From: Mageeibacillus sp. UBA5747
GTDB lineage: Bacteria; Bacillota; Clostridia; Saccharofermentanales; UBA5734
Assembly (NCBI GenBank): GCA_002419145.1
Contig: DIFN01000029.1
Location: 12,584-76,583 of the forward strand
Length of the DNA: 64,000 bases
Direction: 5' to 3'
Shown one piece after another: positions 1 to 8,906 of this stretch. A program made the position numbers and the translations under genes. Position 1 is the first letter of the stretch. Each line of letters starts with the position of its first letter. The notes under the pieces were generated by a model. That model saw only the letters and a program-made list of their open reading frames with translations. It did no database searches and was not told the DNA's origin.

Positions 1-930
1 ATGAAAACAGATAAGCGGCGGGTTCCCGCAGGGTGCGGGAGCAGCCGGACCAAGGAGCGACTGATGCCGTTTTATTTTCTGGATCAAGGTCAGGCAATAA
101 CCTTTTCACCAGCGACCCGGCCGAACCTGATCAGCGTTTTCCGGTCCGCAGATGAGGCTATGATCATGCCGCGCGTCATGCACAAACACGATGACAACCT
201 TGAGATCGTCCTGATCCGCCAAGGTCAGGGCCAGCATGTGATCGGAGGCCGTTCCTACTTGACCGGTAAAGGTGACATTCTGGTCTATAATGCCGGGGTC
301 CTCCACGACGAAAGCACGGGTCTTTATGATTCGCTCCAGGTCTATTATTGCTCTGTCGACCAGATCCAGGTCCAGGGACTGCCGGCCAACCAGCTCCTGT
401 CCAAAGGCAGTCCAGCTGTCATTCATTGCGGCGCAACTTTTCCCCAGGTGGAAAGCTTGTTCGGCTTGATGGTCGATCAGGCTGCCTTGCACACACCCCA
501 GTCGATGGAGATTGCCCAGCAGGCCTTATCGGTTTTGCTTCTGTTGATCCGCAGCCTGTCCCTGCAGCAGGCGTCTGACCCGCCTCTGACAGAGCCAGAT
601 CTGGGGCAGCAGATCAAGGATTACATCGACCAGAATTATCCGGAGGACCTGACCTTGACCTCGATTGCCGAGGTCTTCCATATCAATCCGTACTATCTGT
701 CCCATTTATTCAAAGAACAGCTCGGTTTTTCCCCGATGCAGTACCTGATCCGGCGCCGGATTGGAGAAGCCCAGTCGCTCTTGATCCATACCGATCGTCC
801 GGTCAAGGACATCGCAACCGCGGTCGGGTTCAATCACCTGAACAATTTCCACAATTCATTCCAGAAAATGGTCGGCATGGCACCAGGGCGCTACCGCAAA
901 CAGTGGCACGAAGGCGACCTGGCCAAATAG
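1..930 (+). CDS. AraC-family transcriptional regulator (cupin-like N-domain + AraC HTH)
   Basis: 309-aa ORF. The C-terminal ~100 aa (DYIDQNYPEDLTLTSIAEVFHINPYYLSHLFKEQLGFSPMQYLIRRRIGEAQSLL...GFNHLNNFHNSFQKMVGMAPGRYR) is a textbook AraC/XylS double HTH. An ATG sits at 1. An alternative ATG at 64 is preceded by AAGGAG. Confidence 0.85.
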   Translation: MKTDKRRVPAGCGSSRTKERLMPFYFLDQGQAITFSPATRPNLISVFRSADEAMIMPRVMHKHDDNLEIVLIRQGQGQHVIGGRSYLTGKGDILVYNAGVLHDESTGLYDSLQVYYCSVDQIQVQGLPANQLLSKGSPAVIHCGATFPQVESLFGLMVDQAALHTPQSMEIAQQALSVLLLLIRSLSLQQASDPPLTEPDLGQQIKDYIDQNYPEDLTLTSIAEVFHINPYYLSHLFKEQLGFSPMQYLIRRRIGEAQSLLIHTDRPVKDIATAVGFNHLNNFHNSFQKMVGMAPGRYRKQWHEGDLAK

Positions 931-936
931 CACGTC

Positions 937-1773
937 TCAGAATTTCAGTTTGCGGAACTGGGCGGGCGTCACCCCGGTCCGATGGCCAAATGACCGGATA
1001 AAATGAGAGGTCGAATTAAAGCCACACAGGCTGGCGATCTGTTCGACCGATTCTCCGGTCAGGAGCAGCTGCCGCCTGGCTTCGCTAATTCGAAGACTGA
1101 TCAGGTATTCATGCGGTGATATCTTGTACTGGCGACGGAACTGGCGGGCAAAATGGCAGGCGCTGACATTGAATTGACGCGCAATGTCCGACAGCTGCCA
1201 AGCCTCCCGGAAATGTTCCGTCATGAAGGCATGTGCCTGAGTGACCAGCGACTGGTCTAGTGTCGCATTTCCAGCTGCTGCTGCGATCATGCCGGTCAGA
1301 AGGCGCGTCAAAGCCAGATTGACGGCCCATTCGTCATCAGGATTCTGGAGGAGTTGCTGCTTGAGCTGATCCATCTCAGTGGCCAGCTCCGGGTGCTCTG
1401 CGATCACAAATCCCGTCGCTTGCTGTTCGGCCAGATTATCGTACAAGGCCTGACTGGAGCCGCCTTTGAAATGGATCCAGTCAAAGTGGACTTCCCCCAT
1501 GGCGCGGTAGTGCTGTGGCTGATGGCAATCAATCAGCCGGACGCAGCCTGGTGCCAGGAGAGTCGTCTCACCTGCGTAAGCCAATTCGAGTTGGCCGCTG
1601 TGGATAACAAAAATCAGCAGGGAGTCATAATTCTCCCGTACGATCTGATAGGGTGGTAAGCACTGGTAGTCACCCCAGAACAGGATGTGGATCAGGGATG
1701 ATGCTGCCACTCCCGAAGGATCAAAAATGTGGATTTCTGATTTAGGCAAGACACCTGGCTCATCAATTTTCAT
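937..1773 (-). CDS. AraC-family transcriptional regulator
   Basis: 278-aa ORF. The C-terminus (FMTEHFREAWQLSDIARQFNVSACHFARQFRRQYKISPHEYLISLRISEARRQLL...GFNSTSHFIRSFGHRTGVTPAQFRK) is an AraC HTH. The N-half is cupin-like. It is convergent with the first AraC gene, with a 6-nt gap. Confidence 0.85.
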   Translation of the reverse strand: MKIDEPGVLPKSEIHIFDPSGVAASSLIHILFWGDYQCLPPYQIVRENYDSLLIFVIHSGQLELAYAGETTLLAPGCVRLIDCHQPQHYRAMGEVHFDWIHFKGGSSQALYDNLAEQQATGFVIAEHPELATEMDQLKQQLLQNPDDEWAVNLALTRLLTGMIAAAAGNATLDQSLVTQAHAFMTEHFREAWQLSDIARQFNVSACHFARQFRRQYKISPHEYLISLRISEARRQLLLTGESVEQIASLCGFNSTSHFIRSFGHRTGVTPAQFRKLKF

Positions 1774-2044
1774 ACTTGACCTGCTTGAAGCACCGCTGAA
1801 CCGGGCTGTAGGGAAGCAAATCTCCTGGCTTATTCCCAGCTTATTTGTAGGAATTTACAGACCTTTGATCCTTCCTTGTTCTTTTCATCGTAGCAAACAA
1901 TGATCAAAAAATGTATATTTATCGGCAAGAAAAAGTACTGTTTTGCTTTGGACGCCACGCTAGACTGTGATCAGATTACACGGACTCAGTCTGTTTTCCC
2001 AACTTCCGGTTTGGTCCGGACCTGCCTTTGCAAAGGAGCCTGCC

Positions 2045-3349
2045 ATGTTTTCCCAGGGTAATTTCCGAGTCAATTTCAATGCCGCTGACCACAGCAATCT
2101 CATTTTTCCAGATAGCGACCGGACCATTTTGCGCGAACTGGCCCTGCAGGTTGCCGAGATTGCCAGCCGCCCGATCATGGCGGTACATCGCGAGCTTTGG
2201 TACCAGCATAACCAGCTGGAGGCAACCCGGCCGCTGATCCTGTGTGATCCGGAAAATGGCTGGAATGAGATCATCACGGATGACCAGATCCGGTGCAGCA
2301 ATGACATTGCCCGCCACTGGGAATTCCATTTCAGGAAGCAGATCTTCTGGGGCAACCAGATGGGGGATGATTACGTTGTCGAGCCAATTTTCGAAATCCC
2401 CTATGTGTATGAGGAAACGCCCTGGACGGTCGCTGGCAGCAAACATCAGGGAACATTGCATGTCACGCAGAATGACGGTGGTGCGTACCATATCGACACC
2501 ATCCTCGAAGACTATGCCCTGATCGACAAGATCGTCAAACCGCAGATGACCATCCATTACGACAAAACAAATACCTTACTGGAGCTGGCCGAGGAACTTT
2601 TCGGGGATATCCTGACGGTGCGTATCAATACACCCTGGTCTTGGTCTCTGGGCGGTCTGACGGATGAATTTGCCTTTTTGCGCGGCATGGAGAATATGTT
2701 GTTTGACTTCTATGATGAGCCTGAGTCCGTCCATGCAGTCATGGATATCCTGGCCGTGGGCACGCTCGAGCGGCTCGATTTTCTCGAACACAACAGCCTC
2801 CTGGCTTTGAACAACGACGGAACCTATGTTGGTTCTGGCGGCATGGGTTATACCCGTGAGCTGCCGGCGGTTGATTTTACCGGTCATGTCCGCGCCAAAG
2901 ACATGTGGGTCCTGGCCGAAAGTCAGATCACGATCGGCGTGTCACCGGACATGTTTGCCGAATTCATCTACCCTTATCAAAAACGGATCACAGACCGCTT
3001 TGGGCTGCTCTGTTATGGCTGCTGCGAGCCGATGGATGACCGTTTCGACATCATCAAAGCGTCCACCAACCTACGCCGTGTATCTGTCTCACCCTGGGCT
3101 AACAAGCCCCTGATGGCCGAAAAGCTCGGGGCCAATTATATTTATTCCTGGAAGGCCAGCCCTTCCCCGCTCGCCCTGACTCAGATGGCTGAGGACGTGG
3201 TGCGCCAGGAGCTGAGTGACTACTTGGGTGTGACGCGGAACAACCGGGTCGAGATCATCATGAAAGACAACCACACACTAGGTCGAAATCCCCGCAACCT
3301 GACCCGCTGGGTCGAAATTGCGCGTGAGGAAATTGCCCGTCTGGATTAA
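2045..3349 (+). CDS. conserved hypothetical protein (possibly URO-D-like TIM-barrel enzyme; function unknown)
   Basis: From ORF 1967..3349, with the start moved to ATG 2045 behind AAGGAG (2033..2038). It is 434 aa with no motif I can name securely. The C-terminal CYGCCEP...LRRVSVSPWA block is reminiscent (from memory only) of URO-D-like proteins seen in AraC-regulated sugar loci. Confidence 0.7.
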   Translation: MFSQGNFRVNFNAADHSNLIFPDSDRTILRELALQVAEIASRPIMAVHRELWYQHNQLEATRPLILCDPENGWNEIITDDQIRCSNDIARHWEFHFRKQIFWGNQMGDDYVVEPIFEIPYVYEETPWTVAGSKHQGTLHVTQNDGGAYHIDTILEDYALIDKIVKPQMTIHYDKTNTLLELAEELFGDILTVRINTPWSWSLGGLTDEFAFLRGMENMLFDFYDEPESVHAVMDILAVGTLERLDFLEHNSLLALNNDGTYVGSGGMGYTRELPAVDFTGHVRAKDMWVLAESQITIGVSPDMFAEFIYPYQKRITDRFGLLCYGCCEPMDDRFDIIKASTNLRRVSVSPWANKPLMAEKLGANYIYSWKASPSPLALTQMAEDVVRQELSDYLGVTRNNRVEIIMKDNHTLGRNPRNLTRWVEIAREEIARLD

Positions 3350-3487
3350 ACCAGGGCAGATCATCAGTTCCCTCAAAGCCAGCGCGGCCGCCTGACCAGC
3401 CTAAATTTGGCGGATGGCCTCATATATTTGTGCACCATACACAAACAAAATCCGTTTACGGCAGCATCTTTATCAAACATCCCTATC

Positions 3488-3517
3488 TTGACAGATGCTC
3501 AAAACCCCTGTTAAGAT
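3488..3517 (+). promoter_or_regulatory. sigma-70-type promoter (TTGACA-N18-TAAGAT with TGn extension)
   Basis: TTGACA at 3488..3493. TGTTAAGAT at 3509..3517. It lies about 95 nt upstream of the 3612 start. Confidence 0.5.
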
Positions 3518-3523
3518 CGAATT

Positions 3524-3537
3524 CGTAAACGTTTTCA
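3524..3537. promoter_or_regulatory. cre-like / LacI-family-type operator candidate
   Basis: CGTAAACGTTTTCA matches 13 of 14 positions of the cre consensus TGWAANCGNTNWCA. It is a near-palindrome (GTAAAC|GTTTTC) sitting just after the -10 box. Confidence 0.35.
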
Positions 3538-3611
3538 ATTTACACTGCACCACAGGCTACCCTATGCCAAGCAGGGTCGTTTGCAGAAAGAGCAGGGGGG
3601 CTACTGCTGTG

Positions 3612-4271
3612 ATGATGACACACGATCGAACCGAGCTGGCCGAGTTGGGCATGGACCTTCTGGCACACGCTTTTGAGCTGTGTCAGGAAAGCCACGCCAA
3701 AGGTTATGGCGATGGCCTGGCCCTGTCTGTCGTACAGCTTATTTTCCGGGATCTGCCTGCTGCCTGCTCAGTTGAAGGTGATACGGTGGCTGCAGGCAGC
3801 ATCAAGCGAGCCCAGATTCTGATTGGTTCTTACATCCGCCAGCCCGCCCAGGACATCTGCCACAGTCTATCCACAGCTGTCAGCGCGGAATTTTCACTGC
3901 CCCACGGCAAAGTCAATGCGATCATATTACCTGCGATGCTCAATCACCTGGTCAAAACCTGTGGCGCAGCAAATCACATGGACGCTTCCCATGTCGCCTG
4001 TGTCCAGTGTTATGCCCAACTGGCCCGGGCCATTGGTTTACCAGTAACGGATGATGAGGACGCCATCGCTAAGCTGGTCCTGGCTGTACGCAAGCTAAGG
4101 GCGCAGATAGGTCTGCCCCGTTCCATATCGGAATTCCTGATTGATGAGTCTGCATATCGCCAAGCGGTTCCAGCCATAGCCAAACAGGCCTGGCTGGACA
4201 TCAGCGTTCAAACAGGACGACCGAGGCTTTCCGGGCGGGATATCGAGCAAGTCCTGTCAGATGCCTTTTAA
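3612..4271 (+). CDS. stand-alone C-terminal (metal-binding, helical) domain of an iron-containing alcohol dehydrogenase; N-terminal NAD(P)-binding domain absent
   Basis: 219 aa. GMDLLAHAFE corresponds to the Fe-ADH G-x-D-A-L-x-H-A-x-E motif. HSLSTAVSAEFSLPHGKVNAIILPAMLNH corresponds to H-x13-PHG-x-x-NA. The upstream 260 nt holds no ORF that could supply the ~180-aa Rossmann domain. The start (3609 to 3615) is uncertain. Confidence 0.6.
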   Translation: MMTHDRTELAELGMDLLAHAFELCQESHAKGYGDGLALSVVQLIFRDLPAACSVEGDTVAAGSIKRAQILIGSYIRQPAQDICHSLSTAVSAEFSLPHGKVNAIILPAMLNHLVKTCGAANHMDASHVACVQCYAQLARAIGLPVTDDEDAIAKLVLAVRKLRAQIGLPRSISEFLIDESAYRQAVPAIAKQAWLDISVQTGRPRLSGRDIEQVLSDAF

Positions 4272-4376
4272 GGCTTGAGCAAGATTCAATCCTGATGGTG
4301 CTATAATTAAATTGACACCAGTTTCATGTCCTCTTCCGGCTGCTTTCACCTTTTACGCAGCAGAAAGGAGCCCACC

Positions 4377-5252
4377 ATGTTTGAGAAAATTCTTGTTGTT
4401 TCTGAAATGTCGGCCAATCACGATCTGGTTTTGCAGTCACTGGGCAGTTTGAAGCGGCTGGGTGCCACAACTTGCTTTCTTTACCAGTACATCAACCCCA
4501 TGGAAGCCAATGAGACCATCGCGACCTTCATCCTGGATACTTATCGGGCCAGTCTGAACCGGCAAAAGCAGTTCTTGACCGACGAAGGTTTTGCAGTCGA
4601 AACCATCGAACTGGGAGTCCTCCTGCGCACCGATGAATTGTTCGAATTAGCCCGGGAAAAGGGGTGCACCCTGGTGGTGACAGGTTCTCCCAAGCATTCC
4701 AAACTCGGCAATCTGCTTTTCGGCGGCATGACCAGCATGATCATGCACCATGCCACACTCCCCCTTTTGATCATCCGGATCCCGACTGAACCTGCCCCCA
4801 ATGAGAAGTACTTGTCCTGGGACTTGCTGACGAGCCACGTCCTGTTCCCAACTGATTTTTCTGAAAATGCCCGCCAGGCATTCGATTATGTCAAGCAGCT
4901 CGTTGCAGCAGGTGTGGCCAGGGTCACGATCCTGCATGTCCAGGACAAGAACAAGATCAATCCGCATCTGGTGGAAAAACTGGAAGCTTTCAACGAAGCC
5001 GATCTCGGCCGGCTGAACCAATTGGCCGACGAGCTCAAGGCGGTCGGGCCTGTCGAGGTGGAAACAGCCCTGAAGTTTGGCTCACCAACTGCGGAAATTC
5101 TCAAAGTCATCCGCGAACATGAAGTGTCTCAGGTGGTCATGGGCAGCCAGGGCCATGGGTTTATCGAGGAGCTCTACCTCGGCAGTGTCAGCCACAACAT
5201 CGCCCGCCTCTCCGAAGCTTCTGTCCTCCTGATCCCGATCAAGCGCGACTAA
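4377..5252 (+). CDS. tandem universal stress protein (two UspA domains)
   Basis: 291 aa starting at ATG 4377 behind GAAAGGAG. There are two Usp-like halves, each ending in a G-x2-G-x9-G(S/T)-type nucleotide motif (VVTGSPKHSKLGNLLFGGMTSMIMHHA; VVMGSQGHGFIEELYLGSVSHNIARLS). Confidence 0.85.
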   Translation: MFEKILVVSEMSANHDLVLQSLGSLKRLGATTCFLYQYINPMEANETIATFILDTYRASLNRQKQFLTDEGFAVETIELGVLLRTDELFELAREKGCTLVVTGSPKHSKLGNLLFGGMTSMIMHHATLPLLIIRIPTEPAPNEKYLSWDLLTSHVLFPTDFSENARQAFDYVKQLVAAGVARVTILHVQDKNKINPHLVEKLEAFNEADLGRLNQLADELKAVGPVEVETALKFGSPTAEILKVIREHEVSQVVMGSQGHGFIEELYLGSVSHNIARLSEASVLLIPIKRD

Positions 5253-5292
5253 GGTGCCAGGCACCTGATCATGCGCCATGCGTGGCGCACCC

Positions 5293-5331
5293 AAAAAAGA
5301 CCGGAGTTGGTTGAAAACTCCGGTCTTTTGC
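5293..5331. terminator. bidirectional Rho-independent terminator
   Basis: A 12-bp perfect stem (AAGACCGGAGTT / AACTCCGGTCTT) is flanked by an A-run on one side and a T-run on the other. It lies between the convergent usp and rubrerythrin genes. Confidence 0.8.
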
Positions 5332-5351
5332 TGTCTTGGGACAGGGTATGA

Positions 5352-6539
5352 TCAGTAGTTCTCTTTACGAACTTCGAAGAAACTCTGGGCAAAGCCGCAG
5401 ACAGGGCACTGTTCAGGTGCCTTTTTGCCCATGACGAGGTGGCCACAGATGCGGCATTCCCACATGGTCATTTCGCCCTTCTCAAAGACTTGCTGCATCT
5501 CGACGTTTTTCAATAGAGCGCGGTAGCGCTCTTCGTGCGCTTTTTCAATGGCAGCGACGGCACGGAAACGGGCAGCCAGTTCCGGGAAGCCTTCGGCAGC
5601 GGCGTCTTTGGCGAAGCGATCGTACATGTCGGTCCACTCGTAGTTTTCGCCTTCGGCTGCATGGAGGAGGTTTTCGGCGGTGCCGCCAATGTGGCCGAGC
5701 GCATCGTACCAGAGGCGGGCGTGCTCTTGCTCGTTGCGGGCGGTCTTGAGGAAAATCTCAGCCAGCTGGTCGTAGCCTGCGCGCGAGGCCACAGCAGCAA
5801 AATAGGTGTATTTGTTGCGGGCCTGGCTCTCTCCGGCAAAAGCTTCGGCGAGATTCTTCTCGGTTTTCGTACCGGCGTAGCGGTTGGCGGTGGCTTCTTT
5901 CTTCTCGCTGACGAGTACGAAGGCTGATGCCGGGGCTTTGCAGACGGGGCAGACGAATCCGGCCGGCAGTTCGCCTTCATAAATAAATCCACAGACGGTG
6001 CAACGATACTTGAGCATGGTTTTTTCCTCCTTGGAATTGCTCTGGTTTGTACTGGCGGGTATAAGCTGAAGCAAACGGTCAACGGCTGCCAGGGGGAAGC
6101 CGTCGGTCTGGGGCTTGCTTTTCAGGTCCAGAAGCAAGGTCCGGACATCCGGACTTTGCGGCAACAGGTAGCCAGCCTCACGCAGGAGGTCTTCGGCCAT
6201 CAGTTGGCTGGACTGGCGGATCGCTTCGGCCAGCTGGCGCTCGACGGGGTCTTGCGACTGGGCTACAACGGTTGCTGCAGCCTGGGCCTGAGTCACGCGG
6301 TCCTCGGCCAGGTCGTACAGGGTCTGGCGTATGCTGGGCTTCTTTTTCTGCTGGGGCGGATAATCATCCGGGACCAGAGAAATGGCATGCGACGGACAGG
6401 CATCGACGCAGAGACGGCAGCCATCGCGACATTTGCCGGCGTCAATCTGGCCAGTTTCCGTATCGGTGGCGCCAGTCGGGCAAACATACAGGCAGAGGCA
6501 ATCTTTGGTACAGAGTCGGATATTTCTTACGGCATGCAT
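5352..6539 (-). CDS. ferredoxin-like (2x Cys cluster) / linker / rubredoxin-like / rubrerythrin fusion protein
   Basis: 395 aa. The N-terminus has C-x3-C-x-C-x3-CP and C-x3-C-x2-C-x3-CP motifs. A rubredoxin-like CTVCG...CPVC follows from aa 180. The ferritin-like domain carries EQEH and EKAH (ExxH) di-iron motifs. The C-terminus is CRICG...CPVCG. An internal AAGGAGGAAAAAACC-ATG at 6017 could also start a 222-aa Rd-Rbr product. Confidence 0.85.
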   Translation of the reverse strand: MHAVRNIRLCTKDCLCLYVCPTGATDTETGQIDAGKCRDGCRLCVDACPSHAISLVPDDYPPQQKKKPSIRQTLYDLAEDRVTQAQAAATVVAQSQDPVERQLAEAIRQSSQLMAEDLLREAGYLLPQSPDVRTLLLDLKSKPQTDGFPLAAVDRLLQLIPASTNQSNSKEEKTMLKYRCTVCGFIYEGELPAGFVCPVCKAPASAFVLVSEKKEATANRYAGTKTEKNLAEAFAGESQARNKYTYFAAVASRAGYDQLAEIFLKTARNEQEHARLWYDALGHIGGTAENLLHAAEGENYEWTDMYDRFAKDAAAEGFPELAARFRAVAAIEKAHEERYRALLKNVEMQQVFEKGEMTMWECRICGHLVMGKKAPEQCPVCGFAQSFFEVRKENY

Positions 6540-6545
6540 GTCTCT

Positions 6546-7223
6546 TTACCTCCGTGCGACTGCTGCGATTTTCAAACGCGGCACTTTGCAGACCGGGCAG
6601 ATTTCCGGTGCGTCGTCGCCGATGTAAATGAAACCACAGATTTCGCAGACGTAAATCTTGGCAGCTGCGATCGTCTCCGGTTGCTGCTGGAACTGAGCCA
6701 GATGGCCATTTTGCATCCGGGCGACCTTCTCAGCCCACGTCAGGGCCCGGAGGGTGCCGCGGTCGGCCAGTTCAGCTGCCTGAGCATAGGCTCTGGCAAA
6801 AGCGTCGTCGAGCTGGCTGTTGTTCACATCGGCCAGGGCAGAAAGGCTGGCGGTTTCAGGCTGACCGGCGCGGGCATGGTAATAGGCAGCCAGTTCAGAG
6901 AACAGCTGGGATTCCTCCGGACGGTATTGCTTTTCGAAGCCCTTAGCCAGGTTGGTGAAAAGAGCGCCCAGAGCGGCGGCTGACAGCTCACCTGAAGGGG
7001 TTGACTGGGTACGGATAGTCGCAGCTGCAGGTTGAGCAGATGCTGCGGCGGGAGCTGGGCTTGCATCCTGAAGGCGGAACTGAGACTTGGTTGCCCGGCA
7101 CCAGGGGCAGCGCCAGTCGTCCGGCACTTGCTCCCATAAGGTTCCAGCAGCAAAGCCTGCTTCCGGGATCCCTGCGGCCTCATCATAGACGAAGCCACAG
7201 ATGGAACAGACAAATTTACGCAT
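6546..7223 (-). CDS. rubredoxin / helical domain / C-terminal rubredoxin-like protein (rubrerythrin-like architecture lacking ExxH motifs)
   Basis: 225 aa. The N-terminus is a canonical rubredoxin (CSICGFVYDE...WRCPWC). An Ala/Pro-rich linker follows, then a ~110-aa helical region with no ExxH motif. The C-terminus is CEICGFIYIG...CPVC. The stop lies 6 nt before the next gene's ATG, and GGAGG overlaps the stop. Confidence 0.8.
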   Translation of the reverse strand: MRKFVCSICGFVYDEAAGIPEAGFAAGTLWEQVPDDWRCPWCRATKSQFRLQDASPAPAAASAQPAAATIRTQSTPSGELSAAALGALFTNLAKGFEKQYRPEESQLFSELAAYYHARAGQPETASLSALADVNNSQLDDAFARAYAQAAELADRGTLRALTWAEKVARMQNGHLAQFQQQPETIAAAKIYVCEICGFIYIGDDAPEICPVCKVPRLKIAAVARR

Positions 7224-7371
7224 GGAAGTGACCTCCTTGCATTCAATGTATCAATCATCAGTCTCATTATCAACATATGTTCAGAATAATTTTACAACAT
7301 AATGTCACAATTGATGCAATTAAAAAGAAAGGTCAGTCTGTGGATCCTGGTCGCGCAAGTGAGCGTCAAGC

Positions 7372-8895
7372 TTAGGCGAAGCTCCATTTCAAGGCATCGT
7401 ACATCCGAACGTAGATGTGATAAAGCTTGTCATATGTGGCTCTGTTTTCTGGATTGGGCAGGGTTTCGCTTTCCTGCTGAATCAGGGGTACGGTGGCGGC
7501 AAGATCAGGCCAGAGACCGATGGCCACGCCGGCGACGAGAGCGGCGCCGAACGATCCGCCTTCGGTACTGCCATAGACGGTGTGCACAGGCAGGCCAAAG
7601 ACGTCGGCGATGATCTGGCGCCAGAGCGGACTGACAGCACCTCCGCCGGCAAGAACGACGTCGCCGGACTCACTTTTGAGCTGGGGATCTGCGTGGATGG
7701 TCAAGTCATAGACCTGACGCAGGGAAAATGCAACGCCTTCGAGCACGGCACGGGCAAAATGTCCTTTTTTGTGATGCGAGGTCAGCCCGATGAAGCCACC
7801 GCGAGCTGTCGGGTCGTTGATCGGGCAGCGCTCGCCGGTTAGGTAGGGCAGGAAGATCAGCCCTTCAGCACCGGCCGGGGTCGTAGCAGCTGCTTCATCG
7901 AGAAGGGCAAACGCACTGCGGCCGAGCTGTTTGCCCTGTGCGACTTCGTAGTCACCAAGCGCCTCACAAAACCAGTGGTAGGATCCAGCTGCAGCCAGGG
8001 TGACGCCCATAGCGGTGAAGGTGTCCGGTGAGTTGCCGCGAAACAGCTGCAAGCTGCCCTGTGGATTGGCCATGAAGGAAGGCAAGGCCATCGCGACAAC
8101 ACCGGATGTGCCCAGCGTGACCGCCACACGTCCCGGTTTATACAGACCCAGGCCAGTGGTCGAAATCACGGCGTCGCCACCGCCGCCGCAGACCGGGATA
8201 CCGGCTGCAAGGCCGCTCGCCGCGGCTGCTTTGGCTGTGACTGCTCCCGTCAGGGCGCTCGACTCAACCACAGGCGGGAAGACCGCGAGGTCAAGCCCGA
8301 CTTTTTCGATCAGGCCTTTGTGCCAGCAGCTGTTTTGTACGTCAAAAAAGCCAAAACCGGAGGCGTCGGAGACTTCTGTGGCAATTTCTCCGGTCAGGCA
8401 GTAGCGGATGTAGTCCTTGGGGTTGATGACCACTCGGGTCCGGGCATAATGATCCGGCTCATTCTGTTTGAGCCAGAGGATTTTCCCGCCCGTGTAGCCT
8501 GTGAGCATCTGGTTGTTGGTCATGCCCAGAAGCCCATCCAATCCGCCCGCAGCGGCTGTGATCTCCTGGCATTGGCGCTCCGTGCGCTGGTCATTCCAAA
8601 GAATGGCTTCGCGGACTACTTGGTTCTGGTCATCCAGGGCTACCATGCCATGCATCTGGCCGGACAGGCCGATCGCAGCTACGGTCGTCGTTGGAAGGCT
8701 GGTCAGTACTGTTTTTAAGGCCCGGATGGTGCCGGCCCACCAGTCAGCCGGATCTTGCTGCGTCCAGCCGGGACGGGGCGAGTGCAGCGGATAGCTCTCC
8801 ATTGCGGTGGTCAGGATCTGGCCCTCCGGTGAGAGGGCCAGAACTTTCACGCCAGATGTACCAACATCAATCCCGATCAAACAGGTTTTTTCCAT
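7372..8895 (-). CDS. xylB: xylulokinase (FGGY family)
   Basis: 507 aa. N-terminal LIGIDVGTSGVKVLA, an FGGY layout, and a position immediately downstream of xylA. Confidence 0.85.
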   Translation of the reverse strand: MEKTCLIGIDVGTSGVKVLALSPEGQILTTAMESYPLHSPRPGWTQQDPADWWAGTIRALKTVLTSLPTTTVAAIGLSGQMHGMVALDDQNQVVREAILWNDQRTERQCQEITAAAGGLDGLLGMTNNQMLTGYTGGKILWLKQNEPDHYARTRVVINPKDYIRYCLTGEIATEVSDASGFGFFDVQNSCWHKGLIEKVGLDLAVFPPVVESSALTGAVTAKAAAASGLAAGIPVCGGGGDAVISTTGLGLYKPGRVAVTLGTSGVVAMALPSFMANPQGSLQLFRGNSPDTFTAMGVTLAAAGSYHWFCEALGDYEVAQGKQLGRSAFALLDEAAATTPAGAEGLIFLPYLTGERCPINDPTARGGFIGLTSHHKKGHFARAVLEGVAFSLRQVYDLTIHADPQLKSESGDVVLAGGGAVSPLWRQIIADVFGLPVHTVYGSTEGGSFGAALVAGVAIGLWPDLAATVPLIQQESETLPNPENRATYDKLYHIYVRMYDALKWSFA

Positions 8896-8906
8896 GGTGT
8901 GTACCT

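Noticed and set aside
7224-7371. Possible PerR/Fur box in the AT-rich promoter region of the rubredoxin/rubrerythrin operon (TGATAATGAGACTGATGATTGATA on the minus strand).
   Set aside because: It contains only TGATAAT-like half-sites. No 7-1-7 inverted repeat can be drawn, and the fit to TTATAATNATTATAA or the Fur consensus is poor. The -35/-10 assignment was also ambiguous (19-nt spacer).
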